A DNA stretch of 38,352 nucleotides from Candidatus Azambacteria bacterium RIFCSPLOWO2_01_FULL_46_26 (GTDB lineage: Bacteria > Patescibacteriota > Minisyncoccia > UBA9936): assembly GCA_001774105.1 (NCBI GenBank), contig MEYT01000036.1, forward strand, positions 1 to 38,352. The letters are read 5' to 3'. This document shows, piece by piece, positions 17,934 through 24,490 of the stretch. Every line of letters starts with the position of its first letter. Position 1 is the first letter of the stretch. Both the position numbers and the translations under genes were made by a program. Below the pieces are notes generated by a model. That model did no database searches. It had not been told where the DNA came from and worked only from the letters and a program-made list of their open reading frames with translations.

Positions 17934-18278
17934 CTACTTCTGCAGTTCGCGTATGTAACTTACGATGTCGTGAATCTGATCTTCCGAATAAGTGTCCGCG
18001 TAAGGCGGCATTCCGGTTCCGGGAACTCCTTTGGAAATCTTCTGGAATAACTGCCCGTCGGTCATTTGTTTCACCCGTCCGTCGCGTAAAGACGGAATCA
18101 TCGGCGGCATGCCTTCGCCCTTTGGACGATGACATCCCACACAGCTTTTTCCGTATAAAACCTTTCCGTTCTGTGCGTTGCCGGCGGCATCGGCCAATGT
18201 CGTAAAAATAGTCCCGCAAAAGACAATCAAAACAATACCAATAATAAAAACCGGAATAATCAACAATCTTTCTTTCAT
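17934..18278 (-). CDS. Monoheme class I cytochrome c (c6/cbb3-III-like), exported or membrane anchored
   Basis: GKVLYGKSCVGCH heme motif, distal Met in GMPPY, terminal DIVSYIREL helix; hydrophobic N-terminus; SD GAGGGGG. Confidence 0.93.
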   Translation of the reverse strand: MKERLLIIPVFIIGIVLIVFCGTIFTTLADAAGNAQNGKVLYGKSCVGCHRPKGEGMPPMIPSLRDGRVKQMTDGQLFQKISKGVPGTGMPPYADTYSEDQIHDIVSYIRELQK

Positions 18279-18337
18279 TGTCATCCCCCTCTTTTTTGTT
18301 GTCAAACAACTTGCCGCACCTCTTTAAACTATTAAAG

Positions 18338-18365
18338 ATTATAAGCTAAAACCATAAAAAGTCAA
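18338..18365 (-). promoter_or_regulatory. Sigma70-type promoter of the monoheme cytochrome operon
   Basis: TTGACT-N16-TATAAT. Confidence 0.65.
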
Positions 18366-18405
18366 GGGAAATTTAGATAAAAGCGGATATCCGGGTTTTC
18401 AATGT

Positions 18406-18437
18406 AAAAATAAACCCCGCACAATATTTATGCGGGG
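18406..18437 (-). terminator. Intrinsic terminator after the NHL gene
   Basis: CCCCGCA...TGCGGGG followed by TTTATTTTT on the minus strand. Confidence 0.7.
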
Positions 18438-18458
18438 CAACAATTTACCACTTTTATT

Positions 18459-19835
18459 TTACTTGACTTTTAACCTTCCGTAACCAAACACCGCCACCTT
18501 GCCGTGCGAAATGCTCTTATCGCCAACCTTTTCAATCGCTCCGCTCTGGCTTGTTATCCAGATCAGATATTCAATCTCAAAATCAGGCGCGGCGAACTTC
18601 TGAAAGTATTTAATGTTTTCCGGGCTGGTGTCAACCGCCATATCGCTCGGGCGCTCCAAATTGGGCACTTTCTGGCCGGATGTTTCGTCAAACACCGGTT
18701 CTCCGCCCCAGACGGCGTAAGGAAAATACACCAGGTCTCCTCTTGCGTTATCTTTCGGCAAGATCTTTTCAGAAAATGTTTTAACGTAAGGCAAGCGGAC
18801 AATGCGCGCGCTCTGCCCGACCAAAGTGATGCCGCTGTCCAAACCGTATATGTCACCGTTGGGAGCCGCGGCCACGGCCAACGCGCTGTCAAAGCCCAAA
18901 ATATTGGGGGCACGCACGCCGAATTGATCAATGAATTTGCCCTCGGAATCGAATTTCAGGATGCGGCCGTTCATTTCCTCACTGATATACAGATTATTTT
19001 GGCCGTCAACGTCAACGTCCGACGGCTGATGGAGCAGAATTTTTCCACCCCGCTTCGTTTGAATGTCTTTTGTCAACGCGTCGGCGGAAGACGCGACTTT
19101 TTGCTGCACTTCCTTTTTTTCCAGAACCTTCTCGCTGCCGCCGTTCTCCGCAAATTCTTTCCAAATTTCCCGCGGCATTCCCACAACCCTTAAAATTTCC
19201 CCGGTGTTTTTATCAAGAATAAAAACGCTTTCCGCGGACGGTTTATTTGACAACCTTTGAAGGCCCTGATCAACCGCGTAAATTTTGTCTCCTTTTATCC
19301 TGATTCTTTGGGGAGCAAAAACGCAATTGATTTTTTTCAGAAGATTCATCTTTTCGTCAAAGACCGCGATTTTTTTCGCCGAAGGATACGTCAAATATAA
19401 AAATCTTCCGTCCGTATCCATTCCAAAAGCGTCGCTGAACTCTTTTCTCTTGACTTCTTCGACTTTCGGCGGATTGGAAAGGAAATCAAACACCCAAACG
19501 GTGTCGCCGTCCAGAATGTACGCCCTTCCCTCCATCACCGCGATTGACGTCGGCGAACCGATAAAACGATCGGGTTCTGTTTTTTCACCGAGCAGAATAT
19601 CGAGCCATTTTGGCGTTTTCTTCGCGGGACCCTTCAAGGTAAAAAGCAATTGCCATCTTTGAATCTGATTAAGCGGCATGTCTTTGAATTGCTCCGGCAG
19701 TTTATGGGGATAAAAACGCTCTTCTTCGTCGGCCTCCGCTCCCCCGTTCGGAATGCTTTTATTTTCGGCGAGGGCATTAGAGCTAAAACAGACGAGCAGT
19801 AAAAAAATCGGAACCAATCGTGTCAATCGCGTCAT
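18459..19835 (-). CDS. Secreted NHL-repeat beta-propeller protein
   Basis: Signal peptide ending ALA; repeated blades such as PTSIAV..YILD and PSDVDVDGQNNLYISEEMNGRILKFDSEGKFIDQFG. Confidence 0.85.
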   Translation of the reverse strand: MTRLTRLVPIFLLLVCFSSNALAENKSIPNGGAEADEEERFYPHKLPEQFKDMPLNQIQRWQLLFTLKGPAKKTPKWLDILLGEKTEPDRFIGSPTSIAVMEGRAYILDGDTVWVFDFLSNPPKVEEVKRKEFSDAFGMDTDGRFLYLTYPSAKKIAVFDEKMNLLKKINCVFAPQRIRIKGDKIYAVDQGLQRLSNKPSAESVFILDKNTGEILRVVGMPREIWKEFAENGGSEKVLEKKEVQQKVASSADALTKDIQTKRGGKILLHQPSDVDVDGQNNLYISEEMNGRILKFDSEGKFIDQFGVRAPNILGFDSALAVAAAPNGDIYGLDSGITLVGQSARIVRLPYVKTFSEKILPKDNARGDLVYFPYAVWGGEPVFDETSGQKVPNLERPSDMAVDTSPENIKYFQKFAAPDFEIEYLIWITSQSGAIEKVGDKSISHGKVAVFGYGRLKVK

Positions 19836-19906
19836 TTTGATTCTCCTTTCTTTGGTTGTTTTTCAGAAATTTCATCCCGCTTCTTTTTAAAAAGAAGCGG
19901 GATTTC

Positions 19907-21982
19907 TTAAAAATGTCTTGCAAGATTAATCCTGAAAAGGAATCCGTCTCTCTCCGTGTTGTTTTCATTGACTTCGTACTTCTCCAAAGCTCTTCTGATA
20001 AAAACATTCACGGACAACTGCCTCACTTCATGAGAAAACGCCAATTGCAAGGCCGAAACGTTTCTTTCGGTTTTGCCTATTGCGGAGGAGTCATAAGTTA
20101 CACCAGCCGTCACTCTCGTCTTGACGGTTTCGAAAATAGCGTTTATTCCGGAATTTAAAAGCCGGATGTCGTTCTGCTCCGTTTTGCGATAGTCAATATC
20201 GCTTCTGCCGCCCTGCCATGTTAAACGCAGTTTTTCATTAACCGGAATCGTGAGCGAGAACCTCGACGTCGCACGGTGAAAAGGGTAATTCAGTTGGGCA
20301 TTATCTTCAAAATCAATGCCGGATGTTATTTCCGCTTTCCGCCACCGCTCAAACGCGTATCTTGAATCCAAGCCGAAACTTCGGTTTTGACCGGAATTAT
20401 CCGATAACTGATTGTAGGCGCTTCCGCTCCCGCCGGTTGTGTTTTGTTCAACGTTTCTTAAACGAAAATACGGCTCAGCCAGTCCGTCAAACAAACTGAT
20501 TCTTGCCGAAACAGTTTGAACGGTATTTCGCGCCAAACCGCGCGGCACAAAATTTTCGTACCCAACAAGCACGGTTTCTCCGTTTAAAATCCGCGTTCCG
20601 GGAATTCTTTCGACATAAGTCGGAGAGCCGAGCTTGTAAATCCGGTAGTCCGCTCCTTCCTGGTAAATTATCGTGCCGGAAATGTCGGTTACCACAACCG
20701 ATTCCGTCGAAATTTCCTGTCCCTCCAGCATAACCGCTTCGTAATCGGAGATTTTATGCATTTCCCCGCTGACAAAAACGTGTTCTTCTCCCGCCCTGAA
20801 CAGATCCGACGATGAAATTTCGTAGCCCAAAGAAAGTTTTCCGTCAAAAGCGGGAAAAATTTGTTTGGCATAGTCAACCCGCGCCAATTTTTCATCCAAG
20901 GTTTGTTCAAAAGCGGAAAATTGTTTTTTTTCGCGCCCAGCTTCCACTTCGGTAAAAAGACTCTCGCCCAATTGATGGGAAAAGCCGCCGCGCGCCTCAT
21001 AAGCGTTTTCTTCTTTTGACAGCCATTCGCTTTCCGCGGCGCCGCCCGAAACTTCCCGGTTTATTTGAGAAGCGCCGAAACTGACAAAGCTGTCCAGTTT
21101 CTGCAATTTGTCGCGAAAAATCCAAAACCGTTGTTCCTGCCTGAGAGCAAAACCGGAATAATCCGAAACGCCGTTCCGCGAATTCAAACTCAAAGACGTC
21201 TTTGTCCTCAAGGTATTGTCCAAAAATTTACCGGCTGCCGTTCCATGGAAATAATGGCTGACGTAATCCGATTCATGCTCTTTTTGGTTTAAAGAAAAGC
21301 GTCTTGAATAGAGCTGTTCGCGAAAATTCAAGTTAACGGAAACTTTTTCCCATTGTTTTTCCGTGTCCGCCTCGAAACTTTTCCGTTCTTCGTGAATGTC
21401 AAAATCATAATCGACAAGCGATTTATTGCCGCGAAAAACATTACTTGCGTCGCTGCCGAAGACGTCAAAACGAAAATTCAAGGGCCAGCCGACAACGGTT
21501 TTTCCCAAATCAAACGTTAAACCGCCGTGTTTTTGGTCGGCCAAATAATCCATGTTAGGCGTATGGCCGATATCCGCGAGGCGTCTTTGAAAAAAGAATG
21601 AACCGCCGTAAGGAGTTTCCTTCAAAAAATATCCGTCAATACCGAAATTTTTCGCGAAATCCGCTCCTTGATATTCCGCGAGGCCCTGACCGAACGCAAT
21701 TCCGCCGCCAACTTTCAGCCCGACAAACCTCTTGTGATAAATGAAAAATCTTTCTTCGATTCTCAACTCTTCATTCATCAGCCGGTACTCGCCGATAATT
21801 TTATTTTTTCCGGAACTAATCTTTTGTAGGTCCTCCCGCAGGGAAAATCCAAGTTCGCCGGCCGGGCGTTCGAAATAAAACGGCCCAAAATTCGCTATCG
21901 GCTTAATTTCGGCGGACTCGCAGATTGGCGTCAGACAAAACAAAATCACGAATCCTATCGCGAACAACAATCTCCTGGTCAT
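19907..21982 (-). CDS. Predicted outer-membrane beta-barrel (porin-like) protein
   Basis: Signal peptide from ATG 21982 (SD AAGGAG); about 690 aa rich in G/F/Y/S/R with alternating amphipathic strands; C-terminal FLFRINLARHF ending in Phe (beta-signal); adjacent to multiheme cytochromes. Confidence 0.72.
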   Translation of the reverse strand: MTRRLLFAIGFVILFCLTPICESAEIKPIANFGPFYFERPAGELGFSLREDLQKISSGKNKIIGEYRLMNEELRIEERFFIYHKRFVGLKVGGGIAFGQGLAEYQGADFAKNFGIDGYFLKETPYGGSFFFQRRLADIGHTPNMDYLADQKHGGLTFDLGKTVVGWPLNFRFDVFGSDASNVFRGNKSLVDYDFDIHEERKSFEADTEKQWEKVSVNLNFREQLYSRRFSLNQKEHESDYVSHYFHGTAAGKFLDNTLRTKTSLSLNSRNGVSDYSGFALRQEQRFWIFRDKLQKLDSFVSFGASQINREVSGGAAESEWLSKEENAYEARGGFSHQLGESLFTEVEAGREKKQFSAFEQTLDEKLARVDYAKQIFPAFDGKLSLGYEISSSDLFRAGEEHVFVSGEMHKISDYEAVMLEGQEISTESVVVTDISGTIIYQEGADYRIYKLGSPTYVERIPGTRILNGETVLVGYENFVPRGLARNTVQTVSARISLFDGLAEPYFRLRNVEQNTTGGSGSAYNQLSDNSGQNRSFGLDSRYAFERWRKAEITSGIDFEDNAQLNYPFHRATSRFSLTIPVNEKLRLTWQGGRSDIDYRKTEQNDIRLLNSGINAIFETVKTRVTAGVTYDSSAIGKTERNVSALQLAFSHEVRQLSVNVFIRRALEKYEVNENNTERDGFLFRINLARHF

Positions 21983-22132
21983 CGCTTTTCTCCTTTTGTA
22001 TTCTATTGTTAAAAAACGTGCGAAATCAATCGCAAATTTTGTCGCGAATACCGAAAAACTGATTCGGAACAAAATTCGAGATTTATTAAGGGCCGGAGAA
22101 TGAAATTTTAATTTCATTCTCCGGCTTCTTTA

Positions 22133-22831
22133 TTATTTTTTCGTCAAATGATGGATGTCATTGTGGCAAGCGACGCATTGCGGAAAATTCCACATCGCCT
22201 GTTTTTGAGGCGTATCGTCCGGAGCCGGTTTGTGGCACTGCATGCAAACTTCTTTTTCCGCCATTTTCAAAAACTTTTCTTCTTTGTTGTGCGGCTCGTG
22301 ACAGGTAAGGCATATTCCGGCCTGATTCAATTCTTTGGCTTTTTCTGCCGGAAAATGACTGAAGTCCTTTTTATCCATGTGACACTGCGTGCAAAGATCA
22401 ATATCGGCCTTTTTTAAAAGTTTTTTTTCTTTTGACCGATGAGGTTCGTGGCAGAAACCGCACATTCCCATTTTAACCGGCCAATGCCTTTCTTCTCCTG
22501 TAAACGATTCCTTGTCGTGGCATTGAAAACATGTTTCAGCCAAAGCCGGTCCTATTGTCATCGGCTTATCGTCTTTGTGGCAAGCGTTGCACCATTGCTG
22601 CTTCCATGGCACGTGCCGGCTCTGCCATTTCTCCTCCTCTTTTTGCTTCATCTTCTTGACAATGTCGGCTATATCTTCGGAAGACGAATGGCTTTTTTCT
22701 TTTTCTTTCCGCAATTCTTCTTCCGCGGGCACGCCGTCAATGAAAAAAGAAAGCCATTTCCTTCCGTTTGTCCCAGCGCATCCGTTCACAATAATAACGA
22801 TCAAAAATATCAAAACCGGCCATTTTTTCAT
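22133..22831 (-). CDS. Heptaheme c-type cytochrome, probable lipoprotein
   Basis: Seven CxxCH motifs (CNACH, CFQCH, CGFCH, CTQCH, CLTCH, CMQCH, CVACH) in paired HxP..CxxCHxPH arrangement; lipobox-like VNGC. Confidence 0.95.
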   Translation of the reverse strand: MKKWPVLIFLIVIIVNGCAGTNGRKWLSFFIDGVPAEEELRKEKEKSHSSSEDIADIVKKMKQKEEEKWQSRHVPWKQQWCNACHKDDKPMTIGPALAETCFQCHDKESFTGEERHWPVKMGMCGFCHEPHRSKEKKLLKKADIDLCTQCHMDKKDFSHFPAEKAKELNQAGICLTCHEPHNKEEKFLKMAEKEVCMQCHKPAPDDTPQKQAMWNFPQCVACHNDIHHLTKK

Positions 22832-22970
22832 TTCATCACCCCCTTTTATTACCGTTTGCGATTTAGATTACCTTCAAGACAGCGGCACCGCGCCGATTAC
22901 GCGATTATCAAAGAATCCATCATTTTTAAAGGTGCAAGCGGTATTTATTTTCTCCGCTATTTTCACGCGA

Positions 22971-22999
22971 ATTATACAGAAAAATCCTATAAAAGTCAA
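22971..22999 (-). promoter_or_regulatory. Sigma70-type promoter of the heptaheme-porin-NHL operon
   Basis: TTGACT-N17-TATAAT, about 140 nt upstream of the ATG. Confidence 0.75.
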
Positions 23000-23034
23000 G
23001 TATATTAAGGGAATTCGGACTTCATCTTACTAAT

Positions 23035-23067
23035 TAAAAAACCGCAGATAATTTTTATATCTGCGGT
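23035..23067 (-). terminator. Intrinsic terminator after the tetraheme cytochrome
   Basis: ACCGCAGATA...TATCTGCGGT followed by a T tract on the minus strand. Confidence 0.8.
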
Positions 23068-23087
23068 GATTGATTAATTCTTTTTTG

Positions 23088-23762
23088 TTATTGATGCAAA
23101 TCCTGCCATTTTCCTTTATGGCAAGCGCCACAAAGAGTGCCGCCTATTCCGTTGCCGTCATCATCAAACGGAAGAGTGAGGTAATGTCCGTAAGGTCCGC
23201 CGTCGCCTTTGTGCATATAGCCGTGGCAAGTGGCGCAAGTCAGAACATTTTTATTGGGGCCTCCCAAATAAAACGTCTCTTGCATCTCCGAGAGAGGCGC
23301 CATTACATCCTGTAAAACCGAAGGCGTTCGGCTGCCGCGCCGAGAGATTAAGTCGTCGGTAATTTCCACGCCGATGGGATGATGGATGTGCCCGTCCGTC
23401 GGATTAATGTACTTTTCCGACAGATGAGAACTGCTTATCCATCTGGGGTTGCCGTGACACTTAAGACAAAATTCGCCGAGCGGATCAAGTGTCGGAGTGG
23501 ACAATATCGTGTAAGACGTATAATTTTGCCAAACTCCGCTTGCGTCAAATTCGCTTGTCGAACGATAAAGCCAGGGGTATCCCGGGAAAATGGTTTTGCC
23601 GTCCTGAAGTCCCGCGTGCTCCGCGTTGTGACAATTCGCGCAAGTAGTGGGGTTGTAAGCCGGATTATAAGTGTGGCCGGCGTCAGCTTCAGGAACAACC
23701 ATCCAAAGCATTACCGCCGTAAGTATTAAAACCGCCGTCGCGCATGCCATTTTCTTTAGCAT
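23088..23762 (-). CDS. Secreted tetraheme c-type cytochrome
   Basis: Four CxxCH motifs (CANCH, CLKCH, CATCH, CGACH), HHPIG motif, Sec signal ending ADA; SD GGGAGGG. Confidence 0.93.
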   Translation of the reverse strand: MLKKMACATAVLILTAVMLWMVVPEADAGHTYNPAYNPTTCANCHNAEHAGLQDGKTIFPGYPWLYRSTSEFDASGVWQNYTSYTILSTPTLDPLGEFCLKCHGNPRWISSSHLSEKYINPTDGHIHHPIGVEITDDLISRRGSRTPSVLQDVMAPLSEMQETFYLGGPNKNVLTCATCHGYMHKGDGGPYGHYLTLPFDDDGNGIGGTLCGACHKGKWQDLHQ

Positions 23763-23904
23763 ATATTTCCCTCCCTGTTGTTAAAGAAATTCAAAATAAT
23801 ATCTCGATGATACCGCGCCGCGATATTACCGCATTTCCACCCTACATCTTGCGTAAAAATTTGTCAAGACTCTGTTTTTATTTTTGGGCATATTTAAATC
23901 TCAA

Positions 23905-23934
23905 GAAAAAAGCCAAAGCTTTTACGCTTTGGCT
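23905..23934 (-). terminator. Intrinsic terminator after the DUF411 gene
   Basis: AGCCAAAGC...GCTTTGGCT followed by a T tract on the minus strand. Confidence 0.75.
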
Positions 23935-23963
23935 ATTAAATTGCTCGTTAAAATGAAAAATTT

Positions 23964-24407
23964 TCAAGGAATAATCACGACAGGAAACTGTCCTTTGCCG
24001 TCTCCCATCCCGGGGGCGTTTTTGGGCATACCGGGCAGGGCGATGCCCCTGACATTGGGTTTATCCCGCAAAAGCTTTTTAATACTTTCCGCGGGGACGT
24101 GCCCCTCAATAATATAGCCGGAAGATGTTATGGCCGTATGACAGCTTTGCAAATTTTGGGGGATATTGTATTGCTTTTTTACCCCCGCCACGTCATCCGT
24201 ATGGATAACATCCGCGTCAAATCCGTTTTCCCGCAAGTAATCAATGTATGAATGACAGCACCCGCAACTGGGTGAAGCATAAACCGTTATTTTTTCAGCC
24301 GCCATTGCTCTGTCAGCGAACGATTCAAGTTTCCAAAAAACTCCCAGCGAAAGTAACACGCCGGCACAAATAATAAATATGACCCAAATTTTTCCCCTAG
24401 CGCCCAT
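23964..24407 (-). CDS. DUF411 family metal-binding protein
   Basis: SPSCGCC, SCHTA, EGHVPA and GIALPGMP..APGM motifs. Confidence 0.92.
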   Translation of the reverse strand: MGARGKIWVIFIICAGVLLSLGVFWKLESFADRAMAAEKITVYASPSCGCCHSYIDYLRENGFDADVIHTDDVAGVKKQYNIPQNLQSCHTAITSSGYIIEGHVPAESIKKLLRDKPNVRGIALPGMPKNAPGMGDGKGQFPVVIIP

Positions 24408-24426
24408 AAAGCACCCCCTTTTTGTT

Positions 24427-24457
24427 AAAAAACACCGCCACTTTAAGTGGCGGTGTT
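24427..24457 (-). terminator. Near-perfect palindrome, probable leuS terminator
   Basis: AACACCGCCACTT-t-AAGTGGCGGTGTT followed by Ts on the minus strand. Confidence 0.7.
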
Positions 24458-24486
24458 AATATAACATACTTAAAAAATATTGTCAA
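24458..24486 (-). promoter_or_regulatory. Sigma70-type promoter for the DUF411 gene
   Basis: TTGACA-N17-TATATT with TGn extension. Confidence 0.6.
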
Positions 24487-24490
24487 ATTT

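Noticed and set aside
21983-22117. 45-aa N-terminal extension of the beta-barrel ORF
   Set aside because: The ATG at 21982 has an SD and begins a clean signal peptide.
17335-24490. Cytochrome block as an intact mobile element or prophage
   Set aside because: No integrase, transposase, phage gene, tRNA boundary or flanking direct repeat is visible.
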